From positions 23,581 to 87,580 of the forward strand of contig MFRW01000005.1 of assembly GCA_001786575.1 (NCBI GenBank): a stretch of 64,000 nt of DNA, read 5' to 3'. Shown one piece after another: positions 54,484 to 64,000 of the stretch. Under the pieces are notes generated by a model. It did not search any database, had not been told where the DNA came from, and saw only the letters and a list, made by a program, of their open reading frames with translations. Numbering within the stretch: the stretch's first letter is position 1; the number at the start of each line of letters is the position of its first letter. This DNA is from Candidatus Moranbacteria bacterium RIFCSPHIGHO2_01_FULL_55_24. Its GTDB lineage: Bacteria > Patescibacteriota > Minisyncoccia > Moranbacterales > UBA1568. The position numbers and the translations under genes were made by a program.

Positions 54484-57400
54484 ATGTCTACAGCACAGAA
54501 AGCGCTGCGAGTGAAAGATTCCTTTAGTAAAGAGTCATCTCTCGCAAAACGTCGGTTTTTCAATAATCGTATTACGGTGTCCCTTCCGGACCTCATCGAG
54601 GTGCAGAAGGACTCGTACCAGTGGTTCTGGGACAAGGGCTTGAAGGAGCTCTTGGCCGAGATCAATCCGATCGCGGATTTCACCGGAAAAGACCTGGAGC
54701 TCAAGCTCTCCGACTACTATTTGGACGAACCCAAATACAGCGCTCTCGTTGCCAAGAATAAGAATATCTCCTACGAAGCCCCGCTGCGCGCCAAGGCCCA
54801 GCTCATCATGAAGACGACCGGCGAGGTAAAGGAGCAGGAGATCTACCTCGGAGATTTCCCGCTCATGACCGAGCGCGGCACCTTCATCATAAACGGCGTC
54901 GAACGCGTCGTCGTCTCCCAGCTGATCCGCTCCCCGGGAGTCTTCTTTACTATGGAATATCAGAAGGGCAAGAAGCTCTTCGGCGCGAAAATCATCCCGA
55001 ACCGCGGTGCCTGGCTCGAGATCGAGACCGACCTCGACGGCGTGATTTCCGTGAAGATCGACCGCAAGCGCAAGCTTCCGATCACGGCCCTCTTCAAGGC
55101 ATTCGGCTACGATGAGAAGCGCATCCGCAAGGAATTCGCCGATGACGATAACGGAGCGACCAAATATATCGAGACAACCCTCATGAAGGACCCGTCCAGC
55201 AATCAGGGCGAGGCCTACCGCGAGGTCTACAAGAGACTGCGCCCAGGGGATCTGGCGACCGAAGAGAACGCCAAGCAGATGATCGATGCCATGTTCTTCA
55301 ACTTCGAGCGCTATGACTTCGGCTCTGTCGGACGTTACCGCCTGAACCAGCGTTTGAGCGTGGAACGTGAAGACAAGGAAGAGAACCGCATCCTCAATGT
55401 GGATGATTTGGTATTGATCGTGAAAGAAGTCATCCGTCTGAACAATGATCCGGAAGGCCGCGCCGATGACATCGACCACTTGGGGAACCGCCGCGTGCGC
55501 GCCGTGGGCGAGCTCATCCAGAACAAGCTCCGCGTCGGTCTCTACCGCATGGTGCGGAACATCAAAGACCGTATGTCGACCTGCGACCCGGACACCGTCG
55601 TTCCGGGCCAGCTCATCAACCCGCGCCCGGTCGCTGCGAGCGTCAAGGAATTCTTCTCGAGCTCCCAGCTTTCGCAGTTCATGGACCAGGTGAATCCGCT
55701 TGCCGAGCTTGAGCACAAGCGCCGCTTGTCGGCGATGGGTCCGGGCGGTCTGACCCGCGAGCGCGCCGGCTTCGAAGTCCGCGACGTGCACCACTCACAC
55801 TACGGCCGCATCTGTCCGATCGAGACTCCGGAAGGACCGAACATCGGTCTCGTCGGCCACTTGGCGACGTATGCCCGCGTCAATGAATACGGCTTCCTCG
55901 AAACCCCGTACCTTATCGTAAAGAAAGAAGTCGCTGCCAAGAAAGAAGAGCTGGAGAACCGCATCCTTGCCGAAGCGGTTGCCGGCTTCAAGACAGGAGA
56001 GAAGCTGACCGCAGAAACGGCCAAGAAGGTCGCTGACGCCAAGAAAGGCGAGACCGTGAAGGTCCTCCCGTTCGTGACGCTCGACATCGAATACTTAAAC
56101 GCCATCGTCGAAGACCGGAAGATCATCGCGCACGCCGGCATCACGCTTGACGAGCACCGGAACGTTACCGAGCCTATGGTTGAGGCTCGCGTGAAGGGGC
56201 ACCCGGAAACCATCGAAGCCGAATCTCTCGACTTCATCGATGTTTCCGTGAAGCAGTGTATCTCTATCGCGACCGCGCTCATCCCGTTCCTCGAGCACGA
56301 TGATGCGAACCGCGCCCTCATGGGATCGAACATGCAGCGCCAGGCTGTTTCCTGCGTCGTTCCGGAATCTCCGATCGTCGGAACCGGTATCGAAGACAAG
56401 GCGGCCCGCGATTCCGGACAGGTCGTGCTTGCGACTGAAGCCGGCGAGGTCATCGCCGTCGACGGCAACAAAGTCATCGTCCGCTCCAAGGCTCCGGCCG
56501 GCGCGAAGAAAGAGCACATCGACCACGAATACGGACTTCAGACCTTCGAGAAGTCGAACGCGTTCACTTCCATGAATCAGATCCCGCGCGTCGCGAAGGG
56601 CCAGAAAGTAGCGAAGGGAGACCTCCTTGCTGACGGCGCTTCGACCGATCACGGCGAATTGGCGCTCGGCCAGAACATGGTCGTCGCCTTCGTCCCATGG
56701 GACGGTTACAACTTCGAAGACGCTATCATCGTTTCCGAACGCGTCGTTCAGAAGGACCGCTGGAGCTCGATCCACATCGAAGATTTCTCTATCGATGTGC
56801 GTGACACCAAGCTCGGTCCGGAAGTCGTGACTCGCGATATCCCGAACATCGGCGAAGACCGCCTGAAGAATCTCGACGAATCCGGCATCATCCGCATCGG
56901 CGCCGAGGTCTCTTCCGGTGACATCCTCGTCGGCAAGATCACCCCGAAAGGCGAGGGCGACCTCACCGCGGAAGAGCGCTTGCTCCGCGTGATCTTCGGC
57001 GAGAAGTCCCGCGATGTCAAAGACTCTTCTCTCTACCTCCCGCACGGCGAGCACGGCAAAGTGGTGGATGTGAAGATCTTCTCCCGCGAGCGCGGCGACA
57101 AGCTCCCGATGGGTGTCTTCCAGCAGATCCAGGTATCCGTAGCCCAGATGCGCAAGATCTCTGTCGGTGACAAGCTTGCCGGACGCCACGGAAACAAGGG
57201 TGTCATCTCTATCATCGCCTCCGTCGAAGATATGCCGTACCTGCCGGACGGAACTCCGGTCGACATCATCTTGAATCCGCTCGGTGTCGCTTCCCGTATG
57301 AACATCGGCCAGATCCTGGAAACCCATCTCGGATGGGCCGCCAAGGAGCTCGGCTACAAAGTCGCGAGCTCGTCTCTCGACGGTGTCTCGGAAGATGATA

Positions 57401-57888
57401 TCAAGGGAGAGCTCAAGAAAGCAGGGCTTCCGGAAAACGGCAAGATCCGCCTCGTCAACGGCAAGACCGGCGAAGCCTACGATAACGAGTCCACGGTCGG
57501 CGTCATGTACATCATGAAGCTCAATCACTTGATCGAAGACAAGATCCACATGCGCTCGATCGGTCCGTACTCGCTCATCACCCAGCAGCCGCTCGGCGGT
57601 AAGGCGCAGTTCGGAGGCCAGCGCTTCGGTGAAATGGAAGTATGGGCGCTCGAAGGTTATGGCGCCGCCTACACACTGCAAGAAATGCTCACAATCAAGT
57701 CCGATGATGTATTGGGCCGTTCCAAGGCCTATGAGTCGATCATCAAGGGCGAGCCGATCAAGAGTCCGAATCTCCCAGCTTCCTTCCACGTGCTCGTGAA
57801 CGAGCTCAAGGGCCTGTGCCTCAATGTGGAACTGAAGGGGGCGAAGACAGAGGTACTCGACGAACACGGGGATATCGAAACTGTCTAA
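54484..57888 (+). CDS. rpoB: DNA-directed RNA polymerase subunit beta
   Basis: Full-length RpoB with all conserved regions, e.g. GDKLAGRHGNKGVIS and NMQRQAV. Confidence 0.95.
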   Translation: MSTAQKALRVKDSFSKESSLAKRRFFNNRITVSLPDLIEVQKDSYQWFWDKGLKELLAEINPIADFTGKDLELKLSDYYLDEPKYSALVAKNKNISYEAPLRAKAQLIMKTTGEVKEQEIYLGDFPLMTERGTFIINGVERVVVSQLIRSPGVFFTMEYQKGKKLFGAKIIPNRGAWLEIETDLDGVISVKIDRKRKLPITALFKAFGYDEKRIRKEFADDDNGATKYIETTLMKDPSSNQGEAYREVYKRLRPGDLATEENAKQMIDAMFFNFERYDFGSVGRYRLNQRLSVEREDKEENRILNVDDLVLIVKEVIRLNNDPEGRADDIDHLGNRRVRAVGELIQNKLRVGLYRMVRNIKDRMSTCDPDTVVPGQLINPRPVAASVKEFFSSSQLSQFMDQVNPLAELEHKRRLSAMGPGGLTRERAGFEVRDVHHSHYGRICPIETPEGPNIGLVGHLATYARVNEYGFLETPYLIVKKEVAAKKEELENRILAEAVAGFKTGEKLTAETAKKVADAKKGETVKVLPFVTLDIEYLNAIVEDRKIIAHAGITLDEHRNVTEPMVEARVKGHPETIEAESLDFIDVSVKQCISIATALIPFLEHDDANRALMGSNMQRQAVSCVVPESPIVGTGIEDKAARDSGQVVLATEAGEVIAVDGNKVIVRSKAPAGAKKEHIDHEYGLQTFEKSNAFTSMNQIPRVAKGQKVAKGDLLADGASTDHGELALGQNMVVAFVPWDGYNFEDAIIVSERVVQKDRWSSIHIEDFSIDVRDTKLGPEVVTRDIPNIGEDRLKNLDESGIIRIGAEVSSGDILVGKITPKGEGDLTAEERLLRVIFGEKSRDVKDSSLYLPHGEHGKVVDVKIFSRERGDKLPMGVFQQIQVSVAQMRKISVGDKLAGRHGNKGVISIIASVEDMPYLPDGTPVDIILNPLGVASRMNIGQILETHLGWAAKELGYKVASSSLDGVSEDDIKGELKKAGLPENGKIRLVNGKTGEAYDNESTVGVMYIMKLNHLIEDKIHMRSIGPYSLITQQPLGGKAQFGGQRFGEMEVWALEGYGAAYTLQEMLTIKSDDVLGRSKAYESIIKGEPIKSPNLPASFHVLVNELKGLCLNVELKGAKTEVLDEHGDIETV

Positions 57889-57920
57889 ATCCTTCTTTCT
57901 CACTTGATTACAACAATCTT

Positions 57921-60900
57921 ATGGAAAACATCACGAAAGTAAGCGACTTCGACAGCGTACGACTCACCCTCGCGAGCCCGGACCAGATCATGGAGTGGTC
58001 TCATGGCGAAGTCACCAAGCCGGAAACTATCAACTACCGCACCCAGCGTTATGAACCGGACGGACTCTTCTGCGAGAAGATCTTCGGCCCTTCCAAGGAC
58101 TGGGAGTGTTATTGCGGCAAGTACAAGCGCATCCGCTACAACGGCATCGTCTGCGATAAGTGCGGCGTCGAAGTGACGCGCGCTATCGTGCGCCGCGAGC
58201 GCATGGGCCACATCAAGCTGGCGACTCCGGTTTCCCACATCTGGTTCCTCCGTGGCGTACCGTCGAAAATCGGCCTCGTCTTGGGCATTTCGCCGCAGGA
58301 CCTGGAGCGCGTCATCTACTTCTCCTCGTACATCATCATGAGCGTGAACGAGAAGCTGAAGAAACAGTCGCTCGAAGCGCTTGAGAAGGAATACAAGACC
58401 AAGCAGAAGGAACTGAAGACCGGAGAGAAGGACGCGAAAGCGCTCGAAGCCCGCTTGGATGAATTGAAAGACCAGTATCGCGGGACGAAGGACGAGATCA
58501 AGAATCTCCGTCCGTACCAGATCCTCTCCGAAGTCGAATACTTCAATCTCTCGAGCCGTTTCGGTCAGATCTTCACCGCCGGCATCGGCGCGGAAGCGAT
58601 CCGGAAGATCCTCGAGACGATCGACATCGAGGCCCAGCTCGAAGTACTGAAACAAGAGCTCGCCGAAAACGAGAGTGCCGATCAGAAGAAGCTCCTCCAG
58701 CGTCTGAAGATCTACCAGGGATTTCAGAAAGCGGAACTCAACTTCGAGTGGATGCTCCCGACCGTGCTCCCAGTCATCCCGCCGGATCTCCGGCCGATGG
58801 TAGCTCTCGACGGAGGCCGCTTCGCGACGTCCGACCTGAATGATCTCTACCGCCGCATCATCAATAGAAACAACCGCCTGAAGAAACTCATGGGCATCGG
58901 CGCTCCGGAAGTCATCACCCGGAACGAGAAGCGCATGCTCCAGGAAGCCGTAGACGCTCTCTTCGACAACTCTGCCCGCCGCGGCCAAGCCTCGACGGCT
59001 GCTTCGACCGGCCAGCGCCGCGCACTTCGCTCGCTCGCTGACGCTTTGAAGGGCAAGCAGGGACGCTTCCGCCAGAACCTCCTCGGAAAGCGCGTCGACT
59101 ACTCGGGACGCTCCGTGATCGTGGTCGGCCCGAAGCTGAAGCTCCACCAGTGCGGACTCCCGAAGAAGATGGCGCTCGAACTCTTCAAGCCGTTCATCAT
59201 CAACAAACTCATCGAGAAGGAATACGCGCATAACGTGCGTACCGCCGGACGCATGGTGGATGCCGAAACCGAAGAAGCCTACGAGATCCTCGACGAGATC
59301 ATCGAACACCACTACGTGCTCTTGAACCGCGCACCGACGCTCCACCGCCTCTCGATCCAGGCCTTCCAGCCGGTGCTTATCGAAGGCAAGGCAATCCGCC
59401 TCCACCCGATGGTATGTAGCGCCTTCAATGCCGACTTCGACGGTGACCAGATGGCGGTCCATGTGCCGCTCACCGATCAGGCTCGCCACGAGAGCGCGAC
59501 CATCATGCTTTCCTCCAAGAACCTCCTGAAGCCGGCCTCCGGCGAACCGATCGTCTCCGCGACGCTCGATATGGTGCTCGGCGCCTATTATCTGACTCAC
59601 ATCAAGCCGGAAGGCAAGGGGAAGGGGAAGATATTCGGCACGATGGACGAAGCGATTCTCGCTCACCAGAACGGCCATGTCGACGTGAATGTCGCCATCA
59701 AGCTTTCTTGGAATGGGGAAATCATCGAGACTTCTGTCGGCCGCATCCTCTTGAATGACATCCTGCCGGAACACCTGCGCTTCGTGAACGAAGAGATGGT
59801 GAAGAAGGATCTCAAGATTCTCATGTCACGCATTCTGGAGACCCTCGGACAGGAAGAGGCAGCACTCTTCGCTGACCGTCTCAAGGATCTCTCCTTCTCG
59901 GCGGTTTCCAAGTCCGGTATCAGCTGGGGCATGAACGACCTCCAGGTGCCGAAGGAGAAGAAAGCGCTCGTAGCGCAAGCAGAAACCAAAGTGAAGGAAG
60001 TCCAGGGCCAGTTCAATATGGGACTCCTCACGAACGAAGAGCGCCGTAACCGCGTCATCGAGATCTGGAACGACACCAAGAACCAGATTACCGATGCGGT
60101 CCGCGCTTCGCTCGACAAGGAAGGCCCGGTCTATTCCATGGTCTACTCCAAGGCTCGCGGTTCCGAATCCGTCGTCGTGCAGATGACCGGTATGAAAGGC
60201 CTCATGGCCGGACCGACCGGAGAAACGATCGAACTCCCGGTGAAGAGCTCCTTCAAGGAAGGCTTCAACGTGCTGGAATACTTCATCTCGACCCACGGTG
60301 CGCGTAAAGGTATGGCTGACACCGCTCTCCGTACGGCGACTGCCGGTTACCTCACCCGTCGCTTGGTGGACGTGGCCCAGGATATCATCGTCCGCGATGA
60401 GAACTGCGGCGACACCGAAGGCACATACCTCTACCGCGCGGATTCTGACGTCATCGGAGCGAGCTTCGCTGCCCGTGTCGAAGGTCGTGTGACCCTCGAA
60501 GCGGTGAAGCATCCGGAAACCAAGGAAGTGATCGCGAAGAAGGGTGTGCTCGTCAACAAGGAACAGGCCAAAGTGATCGAAGAAACCCATGTCGAAAAGA
60601 TCAAGATCCGCAGCCTGGTCTCCTGCAAGGCTCGCCGCGGCGTCTGCCGCCTCTGTTACGGCCTCGACCTCGGCCGGAACGAACTGGTAAGCCTTGGCGC
60701 CTCTGTCGGCGTCGTGGCAGCCCAGGCGATCGGTGAGCCGGGTACCCAGCTTACGATGCGTACCTTCCACATCGGCGGTGTGGCCGGATCCGACATCACC
60801 CAGGGTCTCCCGCGTGTGGAAGAGATCTTCGAAGCCCGCAATCCGAAGACGGAAGCGATCCTCTCGGAAGTGGATGGTCAGGTGAAAAGCATTACCAAGG

Positions 60901-61511
60901 ACATCAAAGCAGTGAAAATCGGTATCGAGGGGAACGATAAGACGATGCATGAATACCAGGTGCCGACGAACGTCGCTCTCAAAGTGAAGGAGAATGACCT
61001 TGTCGGAGTCGGGACTATTCTTTCCGAAGGACACATCGATCTGCGCAAGCTCTACACCATCATGGGCCAGGAATCGGTGCATCGCTACATCATCCGCGAG
61101 ATCGAAGAGATCTATGCGTCACAGGGCGAAGGCATCAACGACAAGCACATCGAAGTGATCATCCGTCAGATGCTTTCCCGCATCCGCGTGGTGGATCCGG
61201 GCGACACGATTCTCCTCCCGGGCGATGTCGTGGAGCGCGACCAGTTCGAGGAAGCCAACGAAGAAGTGGCTGCCAAGAAGGGGAAGATCGCGACCGGTGA
61301 GTCGATGGTCTTGGGTATCACCAAGGTAGCTCTCTCGACCGAATCCTTCCTCTCCGCCGCTTCCTTCATGGAAACGGCCCGCGTGCTCATCAACGCTGCG
61401 GTCCAGGGCAAGGAAGACCGCCTGCGCGGACTCAAGGAAAACGTCATCATCGGACGCTTGATTCCGGCCGGTACCGGTTACCGCGGTCTCGGAACAGAAG
61501 AACAGGCTTAG
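57921..61511 (+). CDS. rpoC: DNA-directed RNA polymerase subunit beta'
   Basis: Zn-finger [21 protein letters not shown], catalytic [12 protein letters not shown], trigger loop and clamp. ATG at 57921. The upstream 35 codons of the longest ORF overlap the rpoB end. Confidence 0.95.
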   Translation: MENITKVSDFDSVRLTLASPDQIMEWSHGEVTKPETINYRTQRYEPDGLFCEKIFGPSKDWECYCGKYKRIRYNGIVCDKCGVEVTRAIVRRERMGHIKLATPVSHIWFLRGVPSKIGLVLGISPQDLERVIYFSSYIIMSVNEKLKKQSLEALEKEYKTKQKELKTGEKDAKALEARLDELKDQYRGTKDEIKNLRPYQILSEVEYFNLSSRFGQIFTAGIGAEAIRKILETIDIEAQLEVLKQELAENESADQKKLLQRLKIYQGFQKAELNFEWMLPTVLPVIPPDLRPMVALDGGRFATSDLNDLYRRIINRNNRLKKLMGIGAPEVITRNEKRMLQEAVDALFDNSARRGQASTAASTGQRRALRSLADALKGKQGRFRQNLLGKRVDYSGRSVIVVGPKLKLHQCGLPKKMALELFKPFIINKLIEKEYAHNVRTAGRMVDAETEEAYEILDEIIEHHYVLLNRAPTLHRLSIQAFQPVLIEGKAIRLHPMVCSAFNADFDGDQMAVHVPLTDQARHESATIMLSSKNLLKPASGEPIVSATLDMVLGAYYLTHIKPEGKGKGKIFGTMDEAILAHQNGHVDVNVAIKLSWNGEIIETSVGRILLNDILPEHLRFVNEEMVKKDLKILMSRILETLGQEEAALFADRLKDLSFSAVSKSGISWGMNDLQVPKEKKALVAQAETKVKEVQGQFNMGLLTNEERRNRVIEIWNDTKNQITDAVRASLDKEGPVYSMVYSKARGSESVVVQMTGMKGLMAGPTGETIELPVKSSFKEGFNVLEYFISTHGARKGMADTALRTATAGYLTRRLVDVAQDIIVRDENCGDTEGTYLYRADSDVIGASFAARVEGRVTLEAVKHPETKEVIAKKGVLVNKEQAKVIEETHVEKIKIRSLVSCKARRGVCRLCYGLDLGRNELVSLGASVGVVAAQAIGEPGTQLTMRTFHIGGVAGSDITQGLPRVEEIFEARNPKTEAILSEVDGQVKSITKDIKAVKIGIEGNDKTMHEYQVPTNVALKVKENDLVGVGTILSEGHIDLRKLYTIMGQESVHRYIIREIEEIYASQGEGINDKHIEVIIRQMLSRIRVVDPGDTILLPGDVVERDQFEEANEEVAAKKGKIATGESMVLGITKVALSTESFLSAASFMETARVLINAAVQGKEDRLRGLKENVIIGRLIPAGTGYRGLGTEEQA

Positions 61512-61544
61512 TCGCTTGCATGTGCCGCACAGCCTGAAAGCAAA

Positions 61545-61572
61545 ACACCCCTCTTTCGAGGGGTGTTTTCGT
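61545..61572 (+). terminator. rho-independent terminator after rpoC
   Basis: Stem ACACCCCTC/GAGGGGTGT, loop TTTC, then TTTCGTATT. Confidence 0.5.
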
Positions 61573-61695
61573 ATTCCGCCGGGATCCGTCTGTCGCCTCG
61601 GGAGCGTCTTCCCGGAAACCGGATCCCCAGAGGAGGATTTTCCTTTGAGGAAAGGGCGTCGCCTGTGATATACTTTCCCTATACATGCTTTGATT

Positions 61696-64000
61696 ATGGG
61701 GAGAAAAAAGAAAGAAAAGGCAGATCCGGAAGCGGAAAAGCCGGCTTTTCAATTCGATCAGATTCTGGGGAGCGATGCGAAGCGGAGCATCGCTGCCGTG
61801 TTTCTATTCACGTTAAGCATCCTGATCATTCTCGGGTTCTTCGGGGCGTCCGGGCTTTTGGGCGAGTGGCTTGATGCGGGCCTCGGGTCGATATTCGGCT
61901 GGGGAAAATGGCTTTTCCCGCTGGTCCTCATGACTGCTTCCGCGATGCTCTTGCGGCGCCGTGAGACGACCCTTTCCGATATCGTGAAATTCATCGGCCT
62001 CGGCCTCGCCTTTGCGGCCTGTCTCGGTCTGCTTCATCTCTTCAGCGGAGATACATCCAAGGAATATATGAAACTCGCCAAAGCGGGCGAGGGAGGGGGA
62101 TATATCGGCTACGGGCTTGCGGCATCTTTTCTCATGTTCACCGGCAAGGCAGCGGGAGCTATTCTCCTCGTCGCGCTTTTCCTGGCCGGAGTGATCTCCG
62201 CTTTCAATGTCTCGCTCATCCATTTCGCAGAGAAGCTCTTCCGTCGGGTTCCTTCCGGGGGTGAACCCCCGGCAGGAGAGGAGAGCGAGGGTCCGGCTCT
62301 GGCTGGCCAAGAAACGCCTCCTGCCTCCGAGGAGGAAGCATTCTCGCTCTCGCTCGATGCCAAAGCGGCTGATGAGTCGCAGGCTCTTCCGGAAGATGCG
62401 CTTCATGCGAACAATATCCGCAACGTGGAATTCCGCGACGAGGAAGATATCGAACTGCCCCAGTCCGAAGAAACCGATTCTTCTACGCCTGCCGGTGCGG
62501 CTACTTCGGCGAAGCGCCGCCGCCGGCGTTCCAAGTATGCTTGGGAACTGCCCCCGGTAGACCTTCTCGAGTCGACCACCGGCCAGGCAGTCGGGGGCGA
62601 TACGGAACGCAACAAGCATATTATTCAGAATACTCTCAAGTACTTCGGCATCGACGTGACGCCGGGCGAAGTGAAGGTCGGACCGACCGTAACCCAGTAT
62701 ACGTTTACGCCGGGAATGGGAGTGAAACTTTCCAAGATTACGACGCTCAACAACGACTTGGCGCTGGCGCTGGCCGCGCATCCGATCCGCATCGAGGCGC
62801 CGATACCGGGGCAGTCGCTCATCGGCATCGAGGTGCCGAACAAGTCTGTAGCGACCGTGCGTCTGCGCGCGATCGTCGAGAGCCGCGAGTTCAAGGATCG
62901 CAAGTCCAACCTGACGCTGGTCATGGGCCAGGATGTTTCGGGGAAGAACCTGCTTGCGGACCTGCGCAAGATGCCCCATCTTCTCATCGCTGGACGGACC
63001 GGGTCCGGAAAATCCGTGTGTATCAATACGCTCATCCTCTCGCTTCTCTATCAGAATTCTCCGGAAGACCTGAAGCTCCTTCTGGTGGACCCGAAACGCG
63101 TCGAACTCTCGGCATACAAGAATATCCCGCACCTCCGGGCAGACGTGATCGTCGACAACAAGAAGGTGGTGAACGTCCTCAAGTGGGCGGTCGGCGAGAT
63201 GGAGCGCCGCTACAAGATTCTCGAGGAAGCGCATACGCGCGACCTCATGTCCTATCGCGAGAAGTGTGCCCGGGGCGAGACCAAGACCGTGATCGATCCG
63301 GATACCAATAAAGTGCGCGAAGAAGAATTGGAGCCGCTCCCGTACATCGTGATCGTGATCGACGAGATGGCGGATCTCATGGTGGCGCACGGCAAAGAAG
63401 TGGAGAGTCTCGTCATCCGCCTGGCGCAGATGTCGCGCGCGATCGGCATCCATCTGGTTCTCGCTACCCAGCGTCCGAGCGTCGAGGTGCTGACAGGCCT
63501 GATCAAGGCGAATGTCCCGACTCGGGTCGCCTTCCAGGTGACGACCCAGATCGATTCTCGTACGATCCTCGATACCGGCGGCGCCGAAAAGCTTCTCGGG
63601 AACGGCGATATGCTCTACGCACCGAGCGAAGGGACGGATATGAAACGTCTCCAGGGCGTGTTCGTCTCGGATGATGAAGTGAAGCGGGTGACCTCATTTC
63701 TCAAGAAACAGAAGGAAGAGATGGGCGACGAAGAAGATGAGGAAGATGTGGCCGGCGACGAAGCGAAGGACGATATTATGCGGGCCCTGGATGCCGTCGA
63801 TGAGGGAGCCAAGGAAGACGATCTTTATGAGCGCGCGAAGCAGATCGTGATCGATACCGGACGGGCTTCGACGACCTATCTCCAGACCGCGCTCGGCGTA
63901 GGCTACCCGCGCGGGGCGCGTCTCATGCATCTTCTGGAACAGAACGGTATCGTCGGAATGATCGATGGCAAGAAGAAAGTGCTGGTCGGAAAGGCCGTAC
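61696..64000 (+). CDS. ftsK: DNA translocase FtsK/SpoIIIE (3' end outside window)
   Basis: Frame-1 ORF starting at ATG 61696 (MGRKKKEKADPEAEKPAFQFDQILGSDAKRSIAAVFLFTLSILIILGFFG). N-terminal TM helices, P/E-rich linker, motor domain with Walker A LIAGRTGSGKSV and Walker B IVIVIDEMADL, gamma-domain-like C-terminus. Not in the ORF track because no stop occurs before the window end. Confidence 0.85.
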   Translation, partial: MGRKKKEKADPEAEKPAFQFDQILGSDAKRSIAAVFLFTLSILIILGFFGASGLLGEWLDAGLGSIFGWGKWLFPLVLMTASAMLLRRRETTLSDIVKFIGLGLAFAACLGLLHLFSGDTSKEYMKLAKAGEGGGYIGYGLAASFLMFTGKAAGAILLVALFLAGVISAFNVSLIHFAEKLFRRVPSGGEPPAGEESEGPALAGQETPPASEEEAFSLSLDAKAADESQALPEDALHANNIRNVEFRDEEDIELPQSEETDSSTPAGAATSAKRRRRRSKYAWELPPVDLLESTTGQAVGGDTERNKHIIQNTLKYFGIDVTPGEVKVGPTVTQYTFTPGMGVKLSKITTLNNDLALALAAHPIRIEAPIPGQSLIGIEVPNKSVATVRLRAIVESREFKDRKSNLTLVMGQDVSGKNLLADLRKMPHLLIAGRTGSGKSVCINTLILSLLYQNSPEDLKLLLVDPKRVELSAYKNIPHLRADVIVDNKKVVNVLKWAVGEMERRYKILEEAHTRDLMSYREKCARGETKTVIDPDTNKVREEELEPLPYIVIVIDEMADLMVAHGKEVESLVIRLAQMSRAIGIHLVLATQRPSVEVLTGLIKANVPTRVAFQVTTQIDSRTILDTGGAEKLLGNGDMLYAPSEGTDMKRLQGVFVSDDEVKRVTSFLKKQKEEMGDEEDEEDVAGDEAKDDIMRALDAVDEGAKEDDLYERAKQIVIDTGRASTTYLQTALGVGYPRGARLMHLLEQNGIVGMIDGKKKVLVGKAV

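Noticed and set aside
54535-61082. Several long minus-strand ORFs (54535-55794, 56095-57903, 57900-59774, 59826-61082) opposite rpoB/rpoC
   Set aside because: rpoB and rpoC are certain. These are GC-driven antisense ORFs.
61813-63453. 546-aa minus-strand ORF, and the 61563-61874 plus ORF
   Set aside because: The frame-1 plus-strand FtsK/SpoIIIE gene (61696->) has Walker A/B motifs. The listed ORFs are antisense or out-of-frame overlaps. The 61563 ORF runs through the rpoC terminator.
1-64000. CRISPR arrays, rRNA genes, RNase P/tmRNA/SRP RNA
   Set aside because: No regularly spaced direct repeats and no non-coding stretch longer than about 300 nt. The intergenic regions are accounted for by promoters, terminators and tRNAs.

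Overview
This window looks like a chromosomal segment from a Gram-positive-like, probably Patescibacteria/CPR-type bacterium. That assignment is inferred from several features: short IF-2, an editing-domain-less ThrRS, RNase Y, YvcK, DUF4012 and lamin-tail-domain proteins, weak Shine-Dalgarno usage, and about 55-60% GC. The standard genetic code is in use, since TAA, TAG and TGA all act as stops.

Housekeeping genes recognised with good confidence are uvrD/pcrA (5' partial), xer-type recombinase, cca, infB, typA, nusA, ppa, tig, clpP, gpmI, rny, hup, yvcK, a P-type ATPase, thrS, rpoB, rpoC and ftsK (3' partial). Six tRNAs are present: Leu-TAG, Pro-CGG, Ser-CGA, Pro-TGG, Gly-TCC and Gly-CCC.

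Two accessory loci sit among these genes. The first (about 4.8-17.2 kb) is a Gram-positive-style minimal type IV secretion-like cluster. It encodes a LysM-CHAP peptidoglycan hydrolase, a small secreted protein, a VirB6/TrbL-like polytopic membrane protein, a PrgI/VirB3-like protein, a VirB4 ATPase, two membrane proteins and a 930-aa Cys-rich surface protein. It has no relaxase and no VirD4-like coupling protein. Its VirB4 is interrupted by a single in-frame TAA. The cluster is bounded by a tyrosine recombinase on one side and tRNA-Leu on the other.

The second locus (26.2-29.4 kb) is an array of five tandem genes encoding six VirB2/TrbC-like pilin domains. Each domain has two TM helices flanking a conserved Y-[LI]-[TS]-[AS]-A-G-[DN]-E motif. 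One gene is an N-terminal pilin domain fused to a VirB1-like SLT lytic transglycosylase, and one carries two pilin domains in tandem. Together the two loci look like a split, conjugation-independent T4SS/pilus-like apparatus and are the most interesting content of the window.

Many long antisense ORFs in the six-frame track are GC-driven shadows and were rejected. Several listed ORF starts were trimmed because they begin at TTG/GTG or overlap tRNA genes.
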